A model generated the notes under the pieces. The model did no database searches, was not told where the DNA came from, and saw only the letters and a list, made by a program, of their open reading frames with translations. Below, one piece after another: positions 1-12,949 of a stretch of DNA of 24,158 nt. The stretch comes from Macrostomum lignano (Eukaryota): contig NIVC01003485.1 of NCBI GenBank assembly GCA_002269645.1, positions 1 to 24,158 of the forward strand, given 5' to 3'. How positions within the stretch are numbered: the first letter of the stretch is position 1; the number at the start of each line of letters is the position of its first letter. The translations under genes and the position numbers were made by a program.

Positions 1-3000
1 ACTCTCTCTTGACTCTTATCTGACACTTTCTCTTGACTCTTATCTGACACTCTCTCTTGACTCTTATCTGACACTTTCTCCTGACTCTTATCTGACACTC
101 TCTCTTGACTCTTATCTGACACTTTCTCCTGACTCTTTATCTGACACTCTCTCCTGACTCTTATCTGACACTTTCTCTTGACTCTTATCTGACACTTTCC
201 CTTGACTCTTATCTGACACTCTCTCTGACTCTTATCTGACACTCTCCTTGACTCTTATCTGACACTCTCTCTTGACTCTTATCTGACACTTCTCTTGACT
301 CTTATCTGACACTTTCTCTTGACTCTTATCTGACACTCTCTCTTGACTCTTATCTGACACTCTCTCTTGACTCTTATCTGACACTTTCTCTTGACTCTTA
401 TCTGACACTTTCTCTTGACTCTTATGACACTTTCTCTTGACTCTTATCTGACACTTTCTCTTGACTCTTATCTGACACTCTCTCTTGACTCTTATCTGAC
501 ACTTCTCTTGACTCTTATCTGACACTTTCTCTGACTCTTATCTGACACTCTTCTCTTGACTCTTATCTGACACTTTCTCTTGACTCTTATCTGACACTTT
601 CTCTTGACTCTTATCTGACACTTTCTCTTGACTCTTATCTGACACTTTCTCTTGATTCTTATCTGACACTTTCTCTTGACTCTTATCTGACACTTTCTCT
701 TGATTCTTATCTGACACTCTCTCTTGACTCTTATCTGACCTCTCTTGACTCTTATCTGACACTCTCTCTTTGACTCTTATCTGACACTTTCTCTTGACTC
801 TTATCTGACACTCTCCTTGACTCTTATCTGACACTTTCTCCTGACTCTTATCTGACACTCTCTCTTGACTCTTATCTGACACTTTCTCCTGACTCTTATC
901 TGACACTCTCTCTTGACTCTTATCTGACACTCTCTCTTGACTCTTATCTACACTCTCTCTTGACTCTTATCTGACACTTTCTCCTGACTCTTATCTGACA
1001 CTCTCTCTGACTCTTATCTGACACTTTCTCTTGACTCTTATCTGACACTTTCCTTGACTCTTATCTGACACCTCTCTTGACTCTTATCTGACACTCTCTC
1101 TTGACTCTTATCTGACACTCTCTCTTGACTCTTATCTGACACTTCTCTTGACTCTTATCTGACACTTTCTCTTGACTCTTATCTGACACTTTCTCTTGAC
1201 TCTTATCTGACACTTTCTCTTGACTCTTATCTGACACTTCTCTTGACTCTTATCTGACACTTTCTCTTGACTCTTATCTGACACTTTCTCTTGACTCTTA
1301 TCTGACACTTTCTCTCTGACTCTTATCTGACACTTTCTCTTGACTCTTATCTGACACTCTCTCTTGACTCTTATCTGACACTTTCTCTTGACTCTTATCT
1401 GACACTCTCTCTTGACTCTTATCTGACACTTTCTCTTGACTCTTATCTGACACTTCTCTTGACTCTTATCTGACACTTTCTCTTGACTCTTATCTGACAC
1501 TTTCTCTTGACTCTTATCTGACACTTTCTCTTGACTCTTATCTGACACTTTCTCTTGACTCTTATCTGACACTTCTCTTGACTCTTATCTGACACTTCTC
1601 TTGACTCTTATCTGACACTTTCTCTTGACTCTTATCTGACACTCTCTTGACTCTTATCTGACACTTCTCTTGACTCTTATCTGACACTCTCTTGACTCTT
1701 ATCTGACACTTTCTCTTGACTCTTATCTGACACTTTCTCTTGACTCTTATCTGACACTTTCTCTTGACTCTTATCTGACACTTTCTCTTGACTCTTATCT
1801 GACACTCTTCTCTTGACTCTTATCTGACACTCTCTTGACTCTTATCTGACACTCTCTCTTGACTCTTATCTGACACTTTCTCTTGACTCTTATCTGACAC
1901 TTTCTCTTGACTCTTATCTGACACTTTCTCTTGACTCTTATCTGACACTTTCTCTTGACTCTTATCTGACACTTTCTCTTGACTCTTATCTGACACTTCT
2001 CTTGACTCTTATCTGACACTTTCTCTTGACTCTTATCTGACACTTTCTCTTGACTCTTATCTGACACTCTCTCTTGACTCTTATCTGACACTCTCTCTTG
2101 ACTCTTATCTGACACTCTCTCTTGACTCTTATCTGACACTTTCTCTTGACTCTTATCTGACACTCTCTCTTGACTCTTATCTGACACTTTCTCTGACTCT
2201 TATCTGACACTCTCTCTTGACTCTTATCTGACACTTTCTCTTGACTCTTATCTGACACTTCTCTTGACTCTTATCTGACACTCTCTCTTGACTCTTATCT
2301 GACACTCTCTCTTGACTCTTATCTGACACTCTCTCTTGACTCTTATCTGACACTCTCTCTTGACTCTTATCTGACACTTCTCTTGACTCTTATCTGACAC
2401 TCTCTCTTGACTCTTATCTGACACTCTCTCTTGACTCTTATCTGACACTTCTCTTGACTCTTATCTGACACTCTCTCTTGACTCTTATCTGACACTTTCT
2501 CTTGACTCTTATCTGACACTTTCTCTTGACTCTTATCTGACACTTCTCTTGACTCTTATCTGACACTTTCTCTTGACTCTTATCTGACACTTTCTCTTGA
2601 CTCTTATCTGACACTTTCTCTTGACTCTTATCTGACACTTTCTCTTGACTCTTATCTGACACTTTCTCTTGACTCTTATCTGACACTTTCTCTTGACTCT
2701 TATCTGACACTTTCTCTTGACTCTTATCTGACACTTTCTCTTGACTCTTATCTGACACTTTCTCTTGACTCTTATCTGACACTTTCTCTTGACTCTTATC
2801 TGACACTCTCTCTTGACTCTTATCTGACACTCTCTTGACTCTTATCTGACACTCTCTCTTGACTCTTATCTGACACTCTCTCTTGACTCTTATCTGACAC
2901 TTCTCTTGACTCTTATCTGACACTCTCTGACTCTTATCTGACACTCTCTCTGACTCTTATCTGACACTCTCTCTTGACTCTTATCTGACACTCTCTCTTG

Positions 3001-6000
3001 ACTCTTATCTGACACTCTCTCTTGACTCTTATCTGACACTCTCTCTGACTCTTATCTGACACTCTCTCTTGACTCTTATCTGACACTCTCTCTTGACTCT
3101 TATCTGACACTCTCTCTTGACTCTTATCTGACACTCTCTCTTGACTCTTATCTGACACTCTCTCTTGACTCTTATCTGACACTCTCTCTTGACTCTTATC
3201 TGACACTCTCTCTTGACTCTTATCTGACACTTTCTCTTGACTCTTATCTGACACTTCTCTTGACTCTTATCTGACACTTTCTCTTGACTCTTATCTGACA
3301 CTTTCTCTTGACTCTTATCTGACACTTTCTCTTGACTCTTATCTGACACTTCTCTTGACTCTTATCTGACACTTCTCTTGACTCTTATCTGACACTTTCT
3401 CTTGACTCTTATCTGACACTTTCTCTTGACTCTTATCTGACACTTTCTCTTGACTCTTATCTGACACTCTCTCTTGACTCTTATCTGACACTTTCTCTTG
3501 ACTCTTATCTGACACTTTCTCTTGACTCTTATCTGACACTTTCTCTTGACTCTTATCTGACACTTCTCTTGACTCTTATCTGACACTTTCTCTTGACTCT
3601 TATCTGACACTTTCTCTTGACTCTTATCTGACACTCTCTCTTGACTCTTATCTGACACTTCTCTTGACTCTTATCTGACACTTTCTCTTGACTCTTATCT
3701 GACACTTTCTCTTGACTCTTATCTGACACTTTCTCTTGACTCTTATCTGACACTCTCTCTTGACTCTTATCTGACACTCTCTCTTGACTCTTATCTGACA
3801 CTCTCTCTTGACTCTTATCTGACACTCTTCTCTTGACTCTTATCTGACACTCTCTTGACTCTTATCTGACACTTTCTTTGACTCTTATCTGACACTTCTC
3901 TTGACTCTTATCTGACACTCTCTTTGACTCTTATCTGACACTTTCTCTTGACTCTTATCTGACACTTTCTCTTGACTCTTATCTGACACTTTCTCTTGAC
4001 TCTTATCTGACACTTTCTCTTGACTCTTATCTGACACTTTCTCTTGACTCTTATCTGACACTTCTCTTGACTCTTATCTGACACTCTCTCTTGACTCTTA
4101 TCTGACACTCTCTCTTGACTCTTATCTGACACTTCTCTTGACTCTTATCTGACACTCTCTTGACTCTTATCTGACACTTTCTCTTGACTCTTATCTGACA
4201 CTCTCTCTTGACTCTTATCTGACACTCTCTCTTGACTCTTATCTGACACTCTCTCTTGACTCTTATCTGACACTCTCTCTTGACTCTTATCTGACACTTC
4301 TCTTGACTCTTATCTGACACTCTCTCTTGACTCTTATCTGACACTCTCTCTTGACTCTTATCTGACACTTCTCTTGACTCTTATCTGACACTTTCTCTTG
4401 ACTCTTATCTGACACTTTCTCTTGACTCTTATCTGACACTTCTCTTGACTCTTATCTGACACTTTCTCTTGACTCTTATCTGACACTTTCTCTTGACTCT
4501 TATCTGACACTTTCTCTTGACTCTTATCTGACACTTCTCTTGACTCTTATCTGACACTTTCTCTTGACTCTTATCTGACACTTTCTCTTGACTCTTATCT
4601 GACACTTTCTCTTGACTCTTATCTGACACTTTCTCTTGACTCTTATCTGACACTTTCTCTTGACTCTTATCTGACACTTTCTCTTGACTCTTATCTGACA
4701 CTCTCTCTTGACTCTTATCTGACACTCTCTCTTGACTCTTATCTGACACTCTCTCTTGACTCTTATCTGACACTCTCTCTTGACTCTTATCTGACACTCT
4801 CTCTTGACTCTTATCTGACACTTTCTCTGACTCTTATCTGACACTCTCTCTTGACTCTTATCTGACACTTTCTCTGACTCTTATCTGACACTCTCTCTTG
4901 ACTCTTATCTGACACTCTCTCTTGACTCTTATCTGACACTCTCTCTTGACTCTTATCTGACACTCTCTCTGACTCTTATCTGACACTCTCTCTTGACTCT
5001 TATCTGACACTTTCTCTTGACTCTTATCTGACACTTTCTTGACTCTTATCTGACACTCTCTCTTGACTCTTATCTGACACTCTCTCTTGACTCTTATCTG
5101 ACACTCTCTCTTGACTCTTATCTGACACTCTCTCTTGACTCTTATCTGACACTTTCTCTTGACTCTTATCTGACACTTTCTCTTGACTCTTATCTGACAC
5201 TTTCTCTTGACTCTTATCTGACACTTTCTCTTGACTCTTATCTGACACTCTTCTCTTGACTCTTATCTGACACTTTCTCTTGACTCTTATCTGACACTTT
5301 CTCTTGACTCTTATCTGACACTTTCTCTTGACTCTTATCTGACACTTCTCTTGACTCTTATCTGACACTTTCTCTTGACTCTTATCTGACACTCTCTCTT
5401 GACTCTTATCTGACACTTTCTCTTGACTCTTATCTGACACTTCTCTTGACTCTTATCTGACACTTCTCTTGACTCTTATCTGACACTTTCTCTTGACTCT
5501 TATCTGACACTTTCTCTTGACTCTTATCTGACACTTTCTCTTGACTCTTATCTGACACTTTCTCTTGACTCTTATCTGACACTTTCTCTTGACTCTTATC
5601 TGACACTTTCTCTTGACTCTTATCTGACACTCTCTTGACTCTTATCTGACACTTCTCTTGACTCTTATCTGACACTCTCTTGACTCTTATCTGACACTCT
5701 CTCTTGACTCTTATCTGACACTTTCTCTTGACTCTTATCTGACACTTTCTCTTGACTCTTATCTGACACTTTCTCTTGACTCTTATCTGACACTTTCTCT
5801 TGACTCTTATCTGACACTTTCTCTTGACTCTTATCTGACACTCTCTCTTGACTCTTATCTGACACTTTCTCTTGACTCTTATCTGACACTCTCTTGACTC
5901 TTATCTGACACTTTCTCTCTGACTCTTATCTGACACTTTCTCTTGACTCTTATCTGACACTTTCTCTTGACTCTTATCTGACACTTTCTCTTGACTCTTA

Positions 6001-8890
6001 TCTGACACTTTCTCTTGACTCTTATCTGACACTTTCTCTTGACTCTTATCTGACACTCTCTCTTGACTCTTATCTGACACTCTCTCTTGACTCTTATCTG
6101 ACACTCTCTCTTGACTCTTATCTGACACTCTCTCTTGACTCTTATCTGACACTCTCTCTTGACTCTTATCTGACACTTCTCTTGACTCTTATCTGACACT
6201 CTCTCTTGACTCTTATCTGACACTTCTCTTGACTCTTATCTGACACTCTCTCTGACTCTTATCTGACACTTTCTCTTGACTCTTATCTGACACTTCTCTT
6301 GACTCTTATCTGACACTCTCTCTTGACTCTTATCTGACACTCTCTCTTGACTCTTATCTGACACTCTCTCTTGACTCTTATCTGACACTCTCTCTTGACT
6401 CTTATCTGACACTCTCTCTTGACTCTTATCTGACACTCTCTCTTGACTCTTATCTGACACTCTCTCTTGACTCTTATCTGACACTTCTCTTGACTCTTAT
6501 CTGACACTTTCTCTTGACTCTTATCTGACACTTTCTCTTGACTCTTATCTGACACTTTCTCTTGACTCTTATCTGACACTTTCTCTTGACTCTTATCTGA
6601 CACTTTCTCTTGACTCTTATCTGACACTTTCTCTTGACTCTTATCTGACACTTTCTCTTGACTCTTATCTGACACTTTCTCTTGACTCTTATCTGACACT
6701 TTCTCTTGACTCTTATCTGACACTTTCTCTTGACTCTTATCTGACACTTTCTCTTGACTCTTATCTGACACTTTCTCTTGACTCTTATCTGACACTTTCT
6801 CTTGACTCTTATCTGACACTCTCTCTTGACTCTTATCTGACACTTCTCTTGACTCTTATCTGACACTCTCTCTTGACTCTTATCTGACACTCTCTCTTGA
6901 CTCTTATCTGACACTCTCTCTTGACTCTTATCTGACACTTCTCTTGACTCTTATCTGACACTTTCTCTTGACTCTTATCTGACACTCTTCTCTTGACTCT
7001 TATCTGACACTCTCTCTTGACTCTTATCTGACACTCTCTCTTGACTCTTATCTGACACTCTCTCTTGACTCTTATCTGACACTCTCTCTGACTCTTATCT
7101 GACACTCTCTCTTGACTCTTATCTGACACTTCTCTTGACTCTTATCTGACACTTCTCCTTGACTCTTATCTGACACTCTCTCTTGACTCTTATCTGACAC
7201 TCTCTCTTGACTCTTATCTGACACTCTCTCTTGACTCTTATCTGACACTCTCTCTTGACTCTTATCTGACACTTTCTCTTGACTCTTATCTGACACTTTC
7301 TCTTGACTCTTATCTGACACTTTCTCTTGACTCTTATCTGACACTTTCTCTTGACTCTTATCTGACACTTTCTCTTGACTCTTATCTGACACTCTTCTCT
7401 TGACTCTTATCTGACACTTTCTCTTGACTCTTATCTGACACTCTTCTCTTGACTCTTATCTGACACTTTCTCTTGACTCTTATCTGACACTTTCTCTTGA
7501 CTCTTATCTGACACTTCTCTTGACTCTTATCTGACACTTTCTCTTGACTCTTATCTGACACTTCTCTTGACTCTTATCTGACACTTTCTCTTGACTCTTA
7601 TCTGACACTTTCTCTTGACTCTTATCTGACACTTTCTCTTGACTCTTATCTGACACTTTCTCTTGACTCTTATCTGACACTCTCTCTTGACTCTTATCTG
7701 ACACTCTCTTGACTCTTATCTGACACTTTCTCTTGACTCTTATCTGACACTTCTCTTGACTCTTATCTGACACTTTCTCTTGACTCTTATCTGACACTCT
7801 CTCTTGACTCTTATCTGACACTCTCTCTTGACTCTTATCTGACACTCTCTCTTGACTCTTATCTGACACTTCTCTTGACTCTTATCTGACACTCTCTTGA
7901 CTCTTATCTGACACTTTCTTTGACTCTTATCTGACACTTCTCTACTCTTATCTGACACTCTCTTGACTCTTATCTGACACTTTCTCTTGACTCTTATCTG
8001 ACACTCTCTTGACTCTTATCTGACACTCTCTTGACTCTTATCTGACACTTTCTCTTGACTCTTATCTGACTCTCTCCTTGACTCTTATCTGACACTTCTT
8101 TTGACTCTTATCTGACACTTTCTCCTTGACTCTTATCTGACACTCTCTCTTGACTCTTATCTGACACTCTCTCTTGACTCTTATCTGACTCTCTCTTGAC
8201 TCTTATCTGACACTTCTTTGACTCTTATCTGACACTTTCTCTTGACTCTTATCTGACACTTTCTATGACTCTTATCTGACACTCTCTTTGACTCTTATCT
8301 GACACTTTCTCTTGACTCTTATCTGACACTTTCTCTTGACTCTTATCTGACACTTCTCTTGACTCTTATCTGACACTTTCTCTTGACTCTTATCTGACAC
8401 TCTCTCTTGACTCTTATCTGACACTCTCTCTTTGACTCTTATCTGACACTTTCTCTTGACTCTTATCTGACACTTTCTCTTGACTCTTATCTGACACTCT
8501 CTCTTGACTCTTATCTGACACTTTCTCTTGACTCTTATCTGACACTTCTCTTGACTCTTATCTGACACTTTCTCTTGACTCTTATCTGACACTTTCTCCT
8601 GACTCTTATCTGACACTTTCTCTTGACTCTTATCTGACACTTTCTCTTGACTCTTATCTGACACTTTCTCTGACTCTTATCTGACACTTTCTCTGACTCT
8701 TATCTGACACTTCTCTTGACTCTTATCTGACACTCTCTCTCTGACTCTTATCTGACACTTCTCCTGACTCTTATCTGACACTTTCTCTGACTCTTATCTG
8801 ACACTTTCTCTTGACTCTTATCTGACACTCTTGACTCTTATCTGACACTCTCTTCTGACACACTTCTCTGACACTCTCTCCTGACTCTCT
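1..8890. repeat. 24-bp tandem satellite, unit ACT(C/T)TCTCTTGACTCTTATCTGAC, roughly 370 copies, open at the left edge
   Basis: The unit is read directly throughout. There are two main variants (ACTCTCTCTT and ACTTTCTCTT) plus frequent 1-2 nt indels in the CT tract. The array decays into CT-rich sequence at ~8820-8890. It produces the (VSDKSQEK)n and (CQIRVKRK)n pseudo-ORFs. Confidence 0.99.
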
Positions 8891-9312
8891 TCTCTGACAC
8901 TCTCCTCCATGTAACTATTTTCTCCCTTCTGACTCCTTATTCACAGACATTAACTTCATCATTTACTTCATTGAGTTTCACTTTCTCTCTCTCCATGTAC
9001 CCTCTAATCCATAGGTGCTATTTAATCCGAATCCCAACATTATTCGACCTTTCCATGGCAAGTCACAAAACCAGCCCAGTCTATCATAACGCAAGAGACG
9101 CCAGGCTTCAGATCAATGCTAGCAAGTAAGATATGGTCACCAAGGCGCTGCTGCAGAGATTCGACCAAAGGTAGCTCCTGTCTGTCTACCTTGCGAAGAC
9201 GAGAAAGGTCTGTCGGGCAAGTGCAGTGTAGACGAACAAGAAACTGACGGCTTATAAAAGTGCAGTCGGCGCTGCACTGATGCGGCTGTGCGTTCATTTT
9301 ACTTTATTTTAA

Positions 9313-9341
9313 AATTCACACTATACTGAATAGTGTGAATT
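9313..9341. other. Perfect 12-bp inverted repeat with 5-nt spacer
   Basis: AATTCACACTAT (9313-9324) - ACTGA - ATAGTGTGAATT (9330-9341). Confidence 0.9.
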
Positions 9342-9574
9342 GTGTGGTTTTTGTAGCAGACTTTTATTCATTTAATCAGCTGACTGAATACAGCAAATTG
9401 CGAGCGTAAAAGTTAAAATTAGTTTGAAATTCCTATTTTTTTTGTTTTACTCGCGTGAGGTATTCAGACAAAATCTCAGACCTGAGTGCATCCCCCAACC
9501 CTTTCTCTTCAAGTCATTTCTCAGTGCCTGGCCTCACTAGTTCTAACTGAGAACTGCATGGCAACCAATACTCT

Positions 9575-9755
9575 TACGAGTATGCACTCTCTATCAGTTT
9601 CTCTTCTCTCGATCTTTTCTATCTCTCTATTTCTTTCCTCCCCGCTCTCCCTCTCCTCACTCCCTCTCACCCCTCCTCCATCTCTCCCTCTCTCCCTCTC
9701 TCCCTCTCTCTCTGTCGCCCCACTCCCTCTCCCTATTTTCCTCTCCCCCTCTCGC
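9575..9755. repeat. CT-rich polypyrimidine low-complexity tract
   Basis: Almost exclusively C and T on the + strand. Source of the S/L/P-rich and E/R/G-rich spurious ORFs. Confidence 0.9.
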
Positions 9756-9805
9756 TTCCAGCCCAGAAGAAGAATTTGCCTAACTCGAAATATCGGAAAT
9801 GGTAT

Positions 9806-9938
9806 ATATTCCCCATTTATTTTGTTGTCTAGCGGCAAAAGCAAGAGGTGTCTCGTTTATTGACCGAGGCGAAGCCGAGGTCAATGATCGAGACACCGAG
9901 TGCTTTTGGCCCTAGACAGCTAAATGAGTGGGGAATAT
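9806..9938. other. 133-bp imperfect palindrome centred on a GGC-GAA-GCC mini-hairpin; possibly part of a non-autonomous DNA element
   Basis: Arms 9806-9870 and 9874-9938 pair without indels around the GAA loop (9871-9873). A manual count gives 52 Watson-Crick pairs, 4 G-T pairs and 9 mismatches over 65 positions. Origin from a mobile element is inference. Confidence 0.85.
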
Positions 9939-10140
9939 GATATGTATCCCCGTTCGTTGTCTATGGTTGTTGTCTCGAATTTATCAGCCGCGGGGCAGCG
10001 GGAAATAAATGATTTATTCACCTAGGGAAATAAATGAAAACATGCGTCACATAGACAGTCGCCCGGGGCAAAAGGGATACATACAACTAAATTGACTTTT
10101 GTCAGTCTTTTCTACCGTGTCAGGGCCTGAGCTTGGAGGT

Positions 10141-10400
10141 GCCCTCTCTCTCTCTCTCTCCTCTCTGTCTCTCTCTCTCTTTCTGTCTCCCTCTTTCACC
10201 CCTCACCCCCTTTCCCTCTCTCCCTCACTCCCTCTCTCCCTCTCTCTCTCTCTGTCTCCCTCTCCCTCTCCCCTTCTCCCTCTCCCCCTCACCCTATCCC
10301 CCTCTCCCCTCACCCTATCCTTCTCTCCCTCTTCCCCTCTCCCTCTCCCTCTCCCTCTCTCCCTCTCTTCCTCCTCCTCTCACCTTCTTTTCCCTCTCAC
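10141..10400. repeat. (CT)n/(CTCCCT)n polypyrimidine tract
   Basis: Seen directly; degenerate CT and CTCCCT units. Confidence 0.93.
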
Positions 10401-10794
10401 TGTCACAAATACATTCCCCCATTAACTATCCTATTCCATATTTCTTGTTTTCACAACTCGACTGATAGCAAAAAATAAACAAAAGGCAAAGCAAGCCAAA
10501 GGTTGAGCCAGAACAACTTGTCAATCAAATTAGCACAGCAGCACCTGATCTATGCGATGTATCTATCCATCTACCTGCCATCTGCCTACAAATCGAGGTG
10601 CAGAAGCTCGGGCAGCTCCAGATCGAAGCCCCTAGCTAACAGATATTGCGGCTGTAGCAGCAGGGGCATCTCGTTTAAAATAACAATGTATGCATAGATT
10701 CTGCTTTCCGTGTACGCTCGTATTTGCCTGTGTATTTTCAGCTAACTGCCCAGTAACTGCAATGATTGTGTCAGAGAAAATAACAGGGCGGGCA

Positions 10795-11175
10795 AGATAG
10801 AACAAGGGAGAAAGCACAGGACAGGACACAAGACAGAACAGGAGAAGGCAGGACAGGACGAACAGGACAGAATAGGACAGGATGGAACACACAGGACAGG
10901 ACAGGACAGGGAAGGACGGGACAGAACAGCACAAGACAGGACAGGACAGGACAGGACAGGACAGGACAGGACAGGACAGGACAGGACAGGACAGGACGGA
11001 CAGGACAGGACAGGACAGGGGACAGGACAGAACAGGACGGGTCACACATGTCAGGACAGGACAGGACAGGACAGGACAGGACAGGACAGGACAGGACAGA
11101 ACAGGACGGTTCACACATGTCAGGACAGGACAGGACAGGACAGGACAGGACAGGACAGGACAGGACAGGACAGGG
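10795..11175. repeat. (GACAG)n pentanucleotide microsatellite with two identical-type interruptions
   Basis: Long GGACA/GACAG runs, degenerate at the left end. Interruption AACAGGACGG(G/T)TCACACATGTCAGG at 11031 and 11100. Confidence 0.95.
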
Positions 11176-11934
11176 AGCAGAGGCGTGAGTGAAAGAGGAG
11201 CAGGAAAGACGGCAGCTGACAACTAAGGATTCACCGCAACTGCGGCTGACTCGCCTGAGCCAACAAGAGATTCAGTTTATGCTGTCCTATGTGTATTCGA
11301 AAAGTTCTGTGTTGCTACAAGTCTCCTTAAAAACTTGAAATTGGGATTGGATTCCCCCGAAGCCCCACAGGAGGGGCCATTTGCTAGAAAGTCCCTCAAG
11401 GTGTTCTTGCGACAAAATCTGCTTCTAGGGGAGCCAGGAAATTTAAAGGAGAGAGGAGTGGAGAGAGAAGAGAGAGAGGAGAGAGAGGAGGTATTAAAGA
11501 GGTGGAACAGCCAACCACAAGGCTTGAATAGTATCGAACATGGCGGCACTCCGAGCCCGTGGCATCTCCATCATTCGCTCCCAGCCTATCTTCTTGGTTC
11601 CTTTCTGCCCACCAGTTCTGCCTGTCTGTACAGTTCTGGGGGTTGAACCATTCGGCATCTGGGTTGGATCTGCATGCGAACGATTTAACCAAAGGATTGG
11701 TGGTGTATTGCTGACCAGTTTCCCTTGGCTAGCAACTGTATATCCTGGTATTTAGTGTATAGCTTGGAATACTGATCTGAATCAGCTACTTGTAGTTATT
11801 CGATATTGAAGTTATTCCAGGTACGACTTTAATTGCTAAATTTCTTGTAACGTTGTTAAAAAATAAGTAAGAAATAATTCCTAAAAACCTACTTCTTCTT
11901 TCTCAAACTCATTTTCTCTTTTTATCAACTTCCG

Positions 11935-12150
11935 AATCTGCCTTTCCTTCTGTACCCTCTCCCTCACCTACCCTACTCTCTCCCTCACCTACTCTACTCT
12001 CTCCCTCACCTACTCTACTCTATCCCTCATCTACTCTATTCTCTACCTCTCCTACTCTATTCTATCCCTCTCCCTCTCCCTCTCCCTTTTCCTCTCCCCC
12101 TTTCCTTCTTGCTCTCGCTCTCGCTCTTCTCTCCTCTCCCTTCCCTCTCA
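11935..12150. repeat. CT-rich tract including about 4 copies of a 21-bp unit CCCTCACCTACTCTACTCT(C/A)T
   Basis: Units start at 11961, 11982, 12003 and 12024, followed by CTCCCT-type sequence. Confidence 0.85.
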
Positions 12151-12949
12151 TATTAGATTTTTAACAACAGGAACTATTCTTACTTTTCCCTCAGAATTTT
12201 GCGCTCTTACTCCAGTCCAATTGTGAATCCATTTTTGTTGTAGATCGACTGACTTCAAATTGATTTAATTCCAAACCCAATATACGCTCGTAATAATGTA
12301 TAAAGAAAGGAAGTTTGGAATTTTTCAAGCATTATAATGATTCGAAGAATCAAAAGATAATTACTTAAGAGGAAGCTCTTGCAACTCAGAGTAGGCACTC
12401 AGGATTCGGTATGCATGCTACTAAAATGCATTGCCCTGGCTCTCTCATTCCTTTTTAATTTGCCGAAAGTGCGCATTAGAAACATTCCACTTAGATTCGA
12501 GTAGCTGCAGAATGGCCCACAGTCTGACTGAAGCTCTAAGTTTGTTCTCCTCAGTTTGGTCTAAGGCAAAATTCTTGCCAACATTCTATACAAGTTTCAG
12601 TTTCGTTTCTGAACTCGTCTCTCATTTAGAGCGAAAATTATTTCAGTGAAATACTGAAGTAATTAGACTCGCTATTATACATTCGTCAGGGAGATATCTT
12701 TCACCTGTGTCAGGTGCGTCGCAACGTGTCTCGGTCCCTAATGCTTGATCGAGCATGTGCGGTCTGACACCTTGCGAGCAAATGAGCAGGTGCAACTTTT
12801 ATTGAGCTAGCTAAATATGCCGAGTATACGAGCGTGTAATATAAAATCACTCGTGGACTGTGTAGCATGCGTCCAACTATACCATATTCAGTATCTCTAG
12901 ACTCTAGTAAAGTACGTTTCCCATAACGCTTCCAGAAAAATTCCCCGTC

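Noticed and set aside
232-8664. Dozens of - strand ORFs encoding (VSDKSQEK)n or (CQIRVKRK)n
   Set aside because: These follow automatically from a 24-bp unit lacking stops in two frames. Frames switch at random indels and starts are non-ATG.
9486-11226. ORFs rich in S/L/P, E/R/G, (VLSCP)n or (GQDRT)n
   Set aside because: Translations of the CT-rich tracts and the GACAG microsatellite.
12400-12650. Protein-like - strand frame (NVGKNFALDQTEENKLRASVRLWAILQLLESKWNVSNAHFRQIKKE)
   Set aside because: Short, bounded by stops and without any recognisable motif, so it cannot be supported as a feature.
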